Made by a program: the position numbers and the translations under genes. Below the pieces are notes generated by a model. The model ran no database searches and was not told the origin of the DNA. It saw nothing but the letters and a program-made list of their open reading frames with translations. 64,000 nt of DNA from Tricharina praecox (taxonomy: Eukaryota), in the NCBI RefSeq assembly GCF_024521635.1, contig NW_026250411.1, forward strand, positions 992,001 to 1,056,000, in the 5' to 3' direction. Shown here in pieces: positions 36,874 to 49,254 of this stretch (positions are counted from its first letter, which is position 1; every line of letters begins with the position of its first letter).

Positions 36874-38336
36874 TCACTCCTTCGCAACAATCATCGCCTC
36901 CCTCTGCGGTATCCTCCGCGAATCCTTCTTCTTCGAGTGACGCCGCCTGTTCTCCTCTCTGCGCTTGATCGATGCCAGCTCCTCCTTCTTGATCTCACCA
37001 GCCTTCTTGATCGGCTGTGGCACGTGGCGGTGGCGAGATATCCGTTTGATCTCCGGCATGTGCTTGTATCGTTCCTTGAGCGCGGCGTCGTACTCCAGCT
37101 TGGTACGTTCCTTGGCTGACCGGACGTGCGAGCGCTCAGAGGCCTGGGCGCGCCACAGACGGACGTTGCCGTCGTCGGAGCCGGAGAGGACGTAGCGGGT
37201 GTCGGTAGTGAAAGCGACGGAGAAGACACGCTGCATGCGTTTGGTGTGGTAGATGTCGCTGTAGTGTTCAAGTTAGCACCCAAACAATTGGTCGGTGGAT
37301 GGGAGGTTTTCCTACCGAGAATGTCCTTCCCTCGCCTTGTAGATCCTCACAGTGCGATCGTAACTTCCCGTCACCAGCTCCTCACCCGTGGGCGAATAGT
37401 CCACATCCATGACCGCAGCGACGTGGTCCTTGAGGATATTCAATGCGCGGTCCATCTTGCGCATATCGAATATATAAACGTTGTGGTCTTCGTTTGCTGC
37501 CGCAAAATTGAACGCCTCCATAGGGTTCCAGCAGATCTGGTTGGTCCTCAAGGCTGTGGTAATCTTTGATAGCGGCGAGTTGGTGCGGAGGTCGTACAGG
37601 ATCAACGTTCGGTCACCGCCGGCCGAGGCTAGCACAGACGTCTCGCTCTGGTTGAACTTGACAGTCGTGATGGTGTCGGCGCCCCACTGCAGCGTAGTAA
37701 TCGGCTTCTGTCGGCTCCAATCCCAAATGTCGACGGTAGACGAGGCGGTAGCGAAATTCCGATCGGTGCGATGATGCGAGACAGCATTAAACGCACCGGT
37801 ACCAAAGAACGTCGCCACCGGCGTATTATTCCCAGTACCATTCTGCTCAGGATCCCACAGCTTGACCGTACGATCGCTCGCACACGACAGGAGCCTGCTG
37901 TCGCCTCCCACAGATGTAAAACACAGTCCTTTAACGATCCCCTCATGCGCATGCACAGCCATAACTTCCTTCCGATCCACCAGATCCCAGATCTTGACCT
38001 CACCATCGCCGGAACCAGAAGCGACCCGGTCCAGCCGCCGCAGGTCTTTCGCAAAGCTGTAGACACCATCGATGTGGCCGCTGCCCAACTGCGCGATGAA
38101 GGGCTTTGCAAACATGCGCTCCATCTTCGTCGCCGTTAGGGCGCGCGTATATTCACGCGCCTTCTCGAACGGGTGCAGTTCGGGATTCAGGTTGCGTGGC
38201 TGCACCACCGCCGTGGTGCCGGTGGGGTTGTAGGTTTCGGACGAGCGGGAGAGGGCTTTGATTTTCTACCATGCTGTTAGCAACGACGTAACTACGGTAG
38301 AGGATGGCGAGAAGAAAGGCGGGGAGAGCTTGCCAT
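36874..38336 (-). CDS. SOF1: SOF1/DCAF13 U3 snoRNP WD40 protein
   Basis: ATG|GC-AG intron (38333-38266)|KIKALSR...PRNLNPELHPFEKAREYTRAL...GHIDGVY, then WD40 repeats. C-terminal Sof1 domain SR|DIYHTKRMQRVF...SGSDDGNVRLWRA...HMPEIKRISRHRHVP. Confidence 0.96.
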
Positions 38337-39509
38337 GGTGTGCGGTTGTTGGAGGCGGGATTGAAATGTTGAGTGCGGGAAACTTTTGATTGAAATTATT
38401 CAGTGTGGTGTAACCACGCTAAAGAATTTAAAGCCTAGTTCAACTCGGGCTTGATTTTGAGCCGAGTGATATCGCATGCCAAGCTCGTGATAGTTCTTCG
38501 TGGTGCCCGAAACTGTCACTTCCATGTGTATTGGTAGAGTAGGAGAAGTCGTTAATTCACCGGAATCTCTTGGATGAAAAGTTTCTCTGTCATGATATCA
38601 CCGTGATCTAGAAGTCATGGCAGGTTTATTCACTTCCTCTCTCCACTGCTAGAGACACTTGTGACCACAGCGTTGCATCACTTATCCCTCCGTTACCGCG
38701 TGAGGTTTGGCCCATCGTTTTCCAGCTCGTCCCCCTACAAAAAAGAGCGGGGATGTGTGTTTAGGAGGGGGATATCTGCTCATCCCTCATCACAACGTCG
38801 AACCCAATGGAATGTCAATGCATACATTGAAGTATTGACTCGGCATAATCAGCATCACTACCATTTTTCGGTAATAATATGAGTTCCCTCACAGGACTCA
38901 TTCACTCTCACTTATTTTACCCTGTAGTTGTTGAGAGGTTCCACCGTTAGTTAAGCTAACCATAACTCTGACTTCTCGTGGAGTGCCAAAACCACTCGTT
39001 TCCCCGCGGTTCGAAGTTGGAAGCTACACACATATAGTAGCTACTAGTAGTCCACTATTGAATAGAATTTCATAAGCCCTTACAATGTTCCGCAATTTAG
39101 CAAGCTTCTGAACTCCGAGATGAAAGAATCCACACTGATCCTCCTTCAATGCTTCGCGTGACAGTCCATGAAGATGTCAACCCTAAGCCCTGTACGGCAG
39201 GGCGTCAATGTTAGTGCCCTTCTCCCCGCATGTGTGTAACGTAATGGAAGCTGCTTGATCTCCATCACCCAACGCGTTCTTTTCCCTTCCCAGGCTTCAA
39301 CCTCTTCAGCACATTACAAATCATCGTTCGCCTATTCAGTAACGCTTCCCCTCCATGACCTGTCGGCAGCTTTGACTTTCCGTGCTTCTGCTAAACTGTT
39401 CCTTGCTTGATAGTCACTGTCGTCACCTCGCCTCCACCCAACGTCTTCCAAAGTGTCGAAAAGAAAGGCTTCGAACGATACTCTCGTTCGCCCGGAGAAG
39501 CTCGCAACT

Positions 39510-42500
39510 ATGGTAGACTACCGTCAGGATGATGGGGTTGATGGAATATCGAGCTTATGGATTTAGGATACCACAAAGATGCAGATCGATTCGCCGGCCG
39601 AAGCTCCGAGCTCTACCATCGATGAGGGACTCTACAGTCGTCAGCTGTACTTATCTCACTCGACGTCGTGAATGGAGCTCCTACTGATCAATCACTAGAT
39701 ACGTGCTTGGCCATGAGGCGATGAAACGCATGAGTCAGTCGGATATTCTGATCGTTGGACTCAAGGGACTCGGTGTCGAGATCGGTAATGACGCATACCA
39801 GGCCATGCTACGTGGGGGAGGGGCTGCTAACTTGCCACAGCAAAAAACATCTGTCTTGCCGGTGTCAAATCCATCTCCCTTTACGATCCGGGCGCCGTCG
39901 ACATCGCCGACTTGTCGGCACAGTTCTTCCTTCGCGAGGCCGATGTGGGGAAGCGACGAGACGAGGTTTCCGCCCCCCGGTTGGCCGAGCTCAACAACTA
40001 CACCCCAGTAGAAGTCGCCCCGTCAGATGTCCTTGGCCAAGATCTGTCGCAGCTGTCGCAATACAAGGCAGTTGTCTTGACCGACTATCCTTTGTCCGAG
40101 CAGCTCCGGATCAACGAATTTTGTCACCAAAACAAGATCGCCTTTGTATCCACAACCACCCATGGTCTCTTCGGAAACATTTTCTGCGATTTCGGTGCCG
40201 AGTTTGCGGTCGTTGATCCGACTGGTGAGACCCCGGTGAGCGGAATCTTGGCGGGGATCGACGAGACAGGATTGGTCACTGCTCTGGATGAGAGTCGACA
40301 CGGATTGGAGGACGACGATTATGTCACCTTCAGTGAGGTTCAAGGGATGGACAACATCAACGGTGCAGAGTTTAAGGTGGAAGTCAAGGGTATGGCATGC
40401 TTCCTGCGACACAGTGACTCTCACTAATCGCGTCTTGCAGGACCGTACACCTTTTCCATCGGCGATGTCTCGAGCTACGGAATGTACGTGCGCGGAGGCC
40501 AGTTCACGCAGGTCAAGAAGCCTAAGATCATCAACTTTAAGTCTCTGGCGGAACAGCTCGCCGCACCAGAGTTCGTCTACTCCGATTACGCCAAGTTCGA
40601 CAGGCCGATGCAGCTTCACGTTGGTTTCCAGGCGGTTCAGCAGTTCCAGGAGGCACGTGGATCGCTGCCTCGTCCCATGAACAAGGAGGATGCCGCTGAA
40701 GTGTTCGGCCTTGCCACCAAGATCGCGGAGACCTACGGGGATGCAAAGCCGGAGTTGGACCAGAAGCTTATCGACGAGCTTTCTTTCCAGGCTATGGGTT
40801 ACCTGTCTCCGATGTGTGCGTTGTTCGGCGGAATGGCAGCCCAGGAGGTGCTGAAGAGCGTGTCCTGCAAGTTTGGACCAATTGTCCAGTACATGTACTT
40901 CGATTCTTTGGAGAGTTTGCCGACTTCTGTCACTCGGTCCGAGGAGACTTGCAAGCCGTTGGGTACTCGTTACGATGGCCAGATTGCTGTGTTTGGAAAG
41001 GAGTTCCAGGACAAAATCGCCAACATGAAGCAATTCTTGGTTGGAGCTGGTGCTATCGGTTGCGAGATGCTCAAGAACTGGGCACTGATCGGTCTGGGCA
41101 CTGGTCCCAAGGGCAAGATCTCGGTCACCGACATGGACACCATCGAGAAGAGCAACTTGAACCGACAGTTCCTTTTCAGGCCGGCTGATGTTGGAAAGCT
41201 GAAGAGCGAGTGCGCCGCGACCGCCGTGCAGGCGATGAATCCGGATCTGCAGGGCAGGATTGAGACCATGAGGGATCGTGTGGGTCAGGACACGGAGAAT
41301 GTCTTCAACGAGGACTTCTGGCAAGAGCTCGACGGAGTTACAAATGCGTTGGACAATGTTGAAGCGCGAACCTACGTCGATCGCCGCTGCGTTTTCTTCA
41401 TGAAGCCACTTCTCGAGAGCGGTACCCTCGGGACCAAGGGAAACACGCAAGTGGTGCTGCCTAGGATAACCGAGAGTTACTCGAGCTCCCAGGATCCTCC
41501 GGAGCAGTCCTTCCCTATGTGCACTCTGAGAAGTTTCCCAAACAGGATCGAGCACACCATCGCTTGGGCTCGTGACGTGTTTGAGAACTACTTCGTCCAG
41601 TCGGCAGAGAATGTGAACCTGTACCTCTCGCAGCCTAACTTCCTCGAGTCCACCCTCAAGCAGTCCGGCGACCAGAAGCGAATCTTGCAGACCATCAAGG
41701 ACTACCTCGTCTCTTATAAACCCATCACATTCGAGGAGTGCATTGTTTGGGCTCGCAAAGAATTCGAGGAACAGTACAATAACAACATCCAGCAGCTTCT
41801 GTTCACTTTCCCGAAAGATTCCGTGACTTCGTCGGGAACCCCGTTCTGGAGCGGACCCAAGAGGGCACCTAACCCCTTGACGTTTGACGTTTCCAACCCG
41901 GAGCACATGCTTTTCGTTAAGGCTGCGGCTAATTTGCACGCTTTCAATTATGGTATTAAGGGCACCAACATTGACGATTCCACTTACCGAAAGGTTCTCG
42001 ACAACATGATCATTCCTGAGTTCACGCCGAGCTCCAGCGTGAGGATCCAGGCGAATGACAGCGAGCCGGATCCAAATGCCAACCAAGGGTCCAGCTTCGA
42101 CGACCAGACCGAGCTGAACAACCTCGTTGACAGCTTGCCCCCACCAAACACCCTAGCCGGCTATAGACTCACCAAGGTAGAGTTCGAGAAGGACGACGAT
42201 ACCAACCACCACATGGACTTCATCACTGCCGCGTCCAACTTGAGGGCCCTTAACTACAACATCCCTATTGCCGATAAGCACAAGACCAAGGGAATTGCTG
42301 GCAAGATCATTCCCGCCATTGGTAAGTCGTGAGATTTTGGATCCTTGGATACAATAGGAACTGATAAATGTTACAGCCACGACCACTTCGTTGGTCACTG
42401 GTCTCGTCTGTCTCGAGCTCTACAAGCTCATCGACGGCAAGAACAAGCTTGATGACTACAAGAACGGTTTCATCAATCTTGCTCTGCCGTTCCTGGCTTT

Positions 42501-42919
42501 TAGTGAACCCATTGCCAGTCCCAAGGGCAAGTACGTCGGAAAGAACGGAGATGTCGAACTGGACAAGCTGTGGGACAGATTCCAGTACGACCAGGACATC
42601 ACTCTCCGGGAGTTCTTGAACGACATGGAGTCAAAGGGTCTGGAGGTGACCATGTTGAGCTCTGGCGTTAGCTTGCTCTACGCGAGCTTCTTCCCCAAAA
42701 AGAAGAGGGAAGAGCGCTACGGATTGAAGTGAGTTTATTACCCGCTGTAGATACGAGGGACATTTTGCTGACGATATAATTAGGATGAGCAAGCTCGTCG
42801 AGTTTGTCTCGAAGGTTCCGGTGCCGGAGCACACCAAGAACCTGATCTTTGAGGTGTGTGTGGACGACCAGTCGGGTGAAGACGTGGAGGTTCCTTTTGT
42901 CTGCATCAAGTTGAGGTAG
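39510..42919 (+). CDS. UBA1: Ubiquitin-activating enzyme E1, about 7 exons
   Basis: [30 protein letters not shown]-binding [30 protein letters not shown], catalytic [32 protein letters not shown] and UFD ending [13 protein letters not shown]. The first ATG (39510) is followed directly by intron 39513-39566. Confidence 0.97.
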
Positions 42920-43223
42920 AGTTAGGGGTGTTTTGCAGAATGCGTTGGAACGTGAATTCATGCTTGTTTGTAATTCTTATGAGCTGTTGTTCTGGGTGGG
43001 ACTCCCTACGTTAGAGAAGATTTCTCCCCCCAATAAGAACAAAGCCGAGTGATACCTTGCTTGAGTATAACCTTGATGGTGGCGATTCGCCACAAATGAC
43101 GTGCACCCCTGCTCCAATCAGCCACGCCACGGGGCGCGTCCCTGTCGCTGTGGTTGTTCCAGCACGCTCACCTCGTTAACAAACACCTACAACCACTTCA
43201 CCAAACACGACCATTACCACATC

Positions 43224-43825
43224 ATGGCTTCCTCCAGTGCCTCCAACTCGATGAACGCCTCGAAACGTCTCCTAAAAGAAATCAAAGACTATGCGAAATC
43301 GCCGAATCCGGTGTTGGCATCGCTCGGCCCCATCGACGACGATGACCTCCTACACTGGAGCGCCGTGCTCCTCGGCGCGCCCGAGACCATCTACGAGGGC
43401 TGTCGCTGGACAATCGACATCCAGATCCCGGAGCAGTACCCGCACAAGCCGCCGTTAATGGTGTTCAAAACTCCGTGCTGCCATCCGAACATCCACCTTA
43501 AGGTCAGTTTTTTTTTTACCGTAGATGTAGATGTGTGCGCCCCCACTGCAGGAGCGAGCGCGAGCTGATCATGATGATGATGATGGGGATGTAGACGGGA
43601 GAGATCTGCCTCGATCTCCTGCGAGGCACCGCGTGGTCCCCCGCGTACACCATCAGCACCACGCTCACGGCCATAAGCCACCTGCTCACACAGCCGGAAC
43701 CGAATAGTCCGCTGAACGTGGATGTCGCGGCGGTGCTTAGGGTAGGCGATACCGTCGGTTACGAGAGTCTGGTCAGGGTTTGGGGCGTGCTGTTTGCGGG
43801 GAAGCCGCCGACTACGGGATGGTAG
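43224..43825 (+). CDS. PEX4: Ubiquitin-conjugating enzyme E2, peroxin-4 type
   Basis: KRLLKE...DDLLHWSAVL...YEGCRWTIDIQIPEQYPHKPP...CCHPNIHLK|TGEICLDLL...WSPAYTISTTLTAISHLLTQPEPNSPLNVDVAAVLRVGD. Intron 43503-43594. The E2 assignment is firm; PEX4 is inferred from the SPLNVD...LR.GD..GYESLVR tail. Confidence 0.85.
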
Positions 43826-44980
43826 TTACTACAACTACAACTACAGTGCGGCATAGTTGGAGGGGAGGGGAGTTTTGTTTGTTTGTTTGTAAGTTTTTTT
43901 GGCTTGGTTTGGTTTGGTTTGGTCTGATTTTGATTTTGCGTGCGTTGTAATGTCGAGTTTACTCCGAGTTATATATGGGCTTTGCGGGGGTTTCGTTACT
44001 GGCGATGTTTTTTTCTTGCATACAGAAAGCTCAATCGATACTGGATTTGATGTTGCGATTCAGCATACATGCAAGTGCAGTGCATATCACGCTACTAGGC
44101 ATAGCACAGGGAGGGTGAGATCTTTCAAGCCTTCCATAAATCTATCCTCTCTTGTCCGGCATATCATCAATCAGATCGTTCCGGACGTCCTTATGGCTCC
44201 AGTCGGTCTCGTTCCTCATGCACAGCCTTATTTGTGCCTCCGAGGGTGTCGACGACACTAGCCGCGCCTTACTGCCCTGCTTCATGATTCCCCATAGGTG
44301 CATTCTCGATGGAACAGGATGTGTGAGTGTGCAGCGGAGGAATACCTACGATTGTGTTTACAAGTATAAGGTATGTACGTTGACCTGAACTTACCCCACG
44401 AATAGCAGAGCCGCCCGCTGCGGAAAGCACTCTAGTAGAAGTACTGTATGATCATACCCAGCCATGCCCATGGAAAGCACGACAATCAATGGGTTCTGTA
44501 ACCTGCCCATAACCAGTACCGTATCCTTCCTACCGGTAATCACACCATTCCTATCCGTTTCTTCCAAGATATGTATTTTAAGTTGCAGTTGGCAGAACTT
44601 TGGTTCCTTCCCAAGCGGTTCCGAAAACATTATGTACTTACTCGATCTTCAGGTTTTATTGATGTGTAGTACCTATTATAAGGAGTCATTCATCTTGTAT
44701 GCCCGGCGGATCCCACCCGTTCGACAGAATTGTTTGGTGAGTGTCAAGACTCGGAATCTTGGAGCCCCAAACCAAAGGATCTCGAAACCAGTGTGTAATA
44801 GTGGGTGGCTGAATGATTGCACATCATGCCACCAACGGGCCTCCCTTGATAAGTGACGGAGAATGACGCTTGAGAAATCTATACTAGTATACAATGGCAA
44901 TAGCAATGGCCTTTGCCTGGAGAAAACAAAGCCGTGTCGAAGAAACATTATGTATGATACGAACCACCATCCCCCCAAGC

Positions 44981-45387
44981 TTATGAAGCACCACCACCGC
45001 CACAACCTCCACCACCTCCTCCACCTCCACCATCTCCTCCACCTCCTCCACCTCCACTACCAAGATCACTACGCATCCATTAGCCTCACGTTCCTCCTTC
45101 CCCTTCCTTTCCGTTCCAGTGCAGGTAAGTACTCACGCCAACCCAGTCATATCCGGCCACAGCACAGTATGCTCCTTCTTCCCATTCTTCCCTTTCCCGT
45201 TCCTCCCGTTCCTCCCTCCGTTCTTCCTGTAGTTCCTGATCGCCTTCTTCTCCTCCTTCATCTCCTTCCTGCGCCGCGCCATCGCCTTCTTCTCGTCCTT
45301 GAGCGCTTTCTCGCGCCGCGCTAGCGCCTTCTTCTCCGCTTTCAGCGCTGCCTTGTTCGCTGTGCGGGATTTGCTGCCGAAACACAT
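44981..45387 (-). CDS. Hypothetical 112-aa Lys/Arg-rich protein with Gly-rich C-terminal tail (2 exons)
   Basis: ATG in CACCATG context after a C/A-rich leader. Intron 45136-45069 (GTGAGT...GCTAAT...TAG) joins in frame to ...[33 protein letters not shown]. Confidence 0.65.
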
Positions 45388-48300
45388 GGTGATTGGGTGT
45401 GTAGGTGGGTTGTGGGTTGTGGGTTGTGGGGTGTGGGGAGTCGGGAGTGCGGAGTCGGGAGTGGAGGTATCTATGGCAGGAGAGCGGGTTGGGACTTGGG
45501 GCCGCCGTATTTATCTCCTCCGTGAGGTTGGCCGTGCGTGAGACATCTGCTACTGTAATTACATACTCTATATTGTAGGCCAGACATGGATGCGCATCGT
45601 GTACCATACGACGCAAGGCTGAATGCGCAGTTCTAGCTAACCAACTGCCGTATCTACGTAACTACACAACACGCGTACAGTGGAAACAGAAGACTTCTGG
45701 ACCCTGGAGTAACGAGTAACAAAGCAAATAGGTACACACATACTGCACGCTGCGGATCTACAACCGTGATCTACCTTCTTTATATTGATCGTGGCTGAAG
45801 CCTGAGATCCGGACTCCGGAGTCGGAGATATACAATTGGTATGTAGAGGCTTATTTCGATGGTCGTACGTACATACATGCTGGAGCTCGCATGGCCATGG
45901 ATTCCGCCTTGCCCTTGCACTCGCGTGGGCTGCTAGGTAGAAAGTAAGCGGCGATCTGGTCCGGTGGTTTAAGAAGTCGGGATGTTGTTTAGCCGAGTCT
46001 GCTGATTAACCAGCAAACGAGAAGAAGGAGGAGGAGGAGGCGGAGGAGGAGAGTATGTATAGAGACGATGAACCGTGGTTATTCGAGTACCTGTGTAGTG
46101 TATTCGTGAAAAAGTGCCCTCCAATGTCGAACTTGGGTGTGTGATATGGTTCCTCGAACCCGAGTCTGAATAGGCATTCCCCAGGCCTTCACGTGGCCTA
46201 CTGGCGATGAGTGACCGCCGGTGCACCGCAGGGCCGCAGCTCCCTTACTCAACCACCTTCGGGCATGCCCGGACTCCAGATTCGCTTCGACAGCAGGTTC
46301 CTGGGAACGCATGGGGCCGATTGCATACCCAGTGCGTTTACAGTACCGATGGGCACTGCAAGGAGGGTGGGCGAGACGAGGCGGGGGAGGATGCGTGCGT
46401 GCGGCGTGCGAATGTAAATTCAACAATGGTGAACCCGAACACTGGATCATCATTCGCCTTTCCCCCTCGTTTTATCTCCACCGGTTCAGAACCCGCTTTG
46501 CTTGAAATTCTGAGCCATGGTCATGTGGTTGCATGGCGGTATTATCAGTATTGTCACCCGCCTGCAGGATTAACTTACATTCGACTCACAATTTGATTCC
46601 CAGTTCCTTCTCGAGCCATGGGAATGATTGGTATTTCGTACAGTATGAAATCCTAAGGTTATGGCCGGTATTCCATGGGAATGAACGGCCAATAGGTACT
46701 CAATGGAGGATTCCGTTTGGTTCGTTTTCGTCGGAAAGTGGCGGCAGGAAGCTCGGGCTCCGAGGATGCAGGCTCGGGTTTCGATGGGAATCCTTCTTCT
46801 TTGTCGTTCCGAGCGATTGTTTACTAGTGGAGTATTAGTTGGGCTGTGGCTTTTCTTTTCTTCTCGAGATGTAGATGGGGTTTACCTATACGGCTTGACA
46901 GTGAAGCTCGACCGCTTTGGCCTGGCCAGAGACGATGGAGAGGGCTTTGAAAGCTGGATGGAACCGTTCCACCAGGAAGCTCTTGAGTATTGACACCGTG
47001 CACAAGACGGTCCAAAAGCCTCAGGTTGGACCATGGTCGTCGTGGAGCCCAGTTGACTTCGGATCAACTGTGGATTTCGCTCAAGATTCAATCGAGGAGG
47101 TTGGTAGTGATGATCGGTAGGTATCGACGTGGTCCGGGGAAAGAGTAGACTGGAGTGATCCACAAGGTACCCATTCAGTGTATTTCCAAGCTCTTTAGGT
47201 GCCTGGCGAGCTCAAGGCTACATATGAGCTGGAACATGGCGGTTTCTCCCAATTCTCATCCCCAACTAGTAGTGGAGTAACATTGAAGGAGATATCTAGT
47301 TAGCCTAAGCAACACTTCTACATGAAGACTGGACAATCGTATGTAACTATATCCAACCATCCAACCTCCAGAATTCCCGTTAGCTGGAATACCAACACTC
47401 CAGTACCTGTCTCCAGCTTTGGCCCCAACTGGTGGAAACACCGCTACTCACTAGAGTATACAGGCAGTACCTGAATGGTTCGCCATCTCGACCTCTTCTG
47501 CACGGCAATTCCATCCGCCTCCTCCTCCTAGCCTGGTGTCCACGCCATCCGTTTCCCCGGACGCCACACGCCCTCCGGCTAGAGTACCGCCATGAACTAT
47601 GTACCTACTCTAGCCGTTGCATGAAGTGGTTGTCGTGTGGATGATGCGTAACGGACATTGGGTTCCGATCAGCTCGCGGGGGTGCCGAGATGGATCGCCA
47701 CCGAAACTGTAGGCACCCCATCAGATGTTTTTCCTTCGGTACTCTGCTCGGCCGCCTGAATTGCCTCGGGATCGCCTGTCCGGTCCTCTGGGTTGGTCGA
47801 GAGACACACTTCCCCGCGCCTCGGCGAAACTTGATGCTGATGCAAGGTCCCAGACAATTCAAGCGACGCAGATCTTAGTATGTATCATAGAGTAGAGTAC
47901 ATGAAGGTTGGGTTGGAACTGGGAGCTAAAGTTGGGGAGCTACTACGGTAGTCACTACTCTAGTACATAGAGTAACGTAGTTCCAGCCCGTTGGACGTTG
48001 GATGCCGAAATGCTTCTCCAGTGCAGTGGCTTGGCTTGGCTTGAGGATCGAGGCCTTGATGGAGCGGGGCTTGTCAACACCAAATCTTCATGTTGGTCTG
48101 CGGAATGAAGATATCGATGCACAGAACGTGTTTGGGAAGTTGGGAGGAAGTCCGAGTCCGAAACAATGAACATGTCATGTTATATTCCCGTCGCCTGATT
48201 CTGAATCGTTTCCAGAAAGCGGCCATGATTAGTCTCGCGTTGCACGTTCACTGCCATCCGCATGCCACCATGATAGGTATGTAGTCCCCGGTAACCGTTC

Positions 48301-48936
48301 ATCTGCAACGGCACTCAGCATCGGTCCCACCATTCCCACCACCCTCACGATCCGTCCTACACCCCCCGGAGTCGCCGGATTACAGAGTATTTATCTAAGC
48401 CCAGGGTGATAGATATTCCGCTGGCCCGCATACAATTCGGCTGAACGGGGGGATTCCGGTAGCTGCGGGAGGTGGCGCGCTAAACTAGGCGAATGCGGGG
48501 TCTGGGGAAGGCGCGGAGAGGAAGGAGGCAAACCTATTGTTTTTGCGCTTCAAGCCGCCTCCTCCTCCAGCTTGCGAGGCTTCTTTCGACTCGACTAACT
48601 ACGAGTAGTAGATCTGGGGATAGAGAGGAAACTGCGGATATGGGAGGGGGAACCGATGGGAGTAAACGGTGTACGGTACACAGCTGCCTGCAACTGGGCG
48701 GTTCGCGCACTGTCGCCAGCCACCATTCCGACTGCAGTAACGGTCCCACGAACTTCGCCGACACCGAGAAACGGAAAAACATTTTGACAGGTCCCCCGCC
48801 TAAGCGTGGGGCGATTATCTGCAGCGAGGCCACGATAGCCTCGGAACGGTGTACGCATCGAGCGTAACGCGGATCCATCGTGCGCCTGCCAGCGAGTGGA
48901 TACCGTCGGATTCCCTAACATCGTGCATACCTATCA

Positions 48937-49008
48937 TGCCCCCCATTCCACAGTGCTCTGCCCCCCGCCATTCCACAGTGCTCTGCCCCCCGCCATTCCA
49001 CAGTGGAA
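48937..49008. repeat. Three tandem ~25-bp units (TGCCCCCCGCCATTCCACAGTGCTC) in the MFS promoter
   Basis: Read directly; the first unit is shorter and the last ends in the palindrome TTCCAC-A-GTGGAA. Confidence 0.9.
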
Positions 49009-49254
49009 CCAACTCGGGATTAAGCATGGGCGGTTTCACACGCTCTGTGTTCTGGCCGGCAGCTGCCCTTGAAGTTGTATGTACATACACATGCGGGGTG
49101 CGCCGGCTGTGCCGGACGTCCGGAGTAGAGTTCCCCAAAACGGCTGGCGGGCGTGAAGATCCCATATTGCGGGCGAGACAATATAAAGGTCAACAGTGAG
49201 CCTGTTTTTTTTCTCTTTCTTTCTGCCAGTCATTCAACAACGTATCTGGAAACT

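Noticed and set aside
40023..42086. 687-aa antisense ORF, and similar ones at 50031-50747, 55618-56415, 60971-61873 and 63192-63965
   Set aside because: Shadow or alternative-frame ORFs of GC3-biased conserved genes, with no recognisable motifs.
46207..47120. Overlapping short ORFs as a pseudogene or an A-to-I-corrected gene
   Set aside because: No family recognised; the stops are mixed TAG/TGA in several frames rather than one editable TAG. A BLASTx search would be needed.
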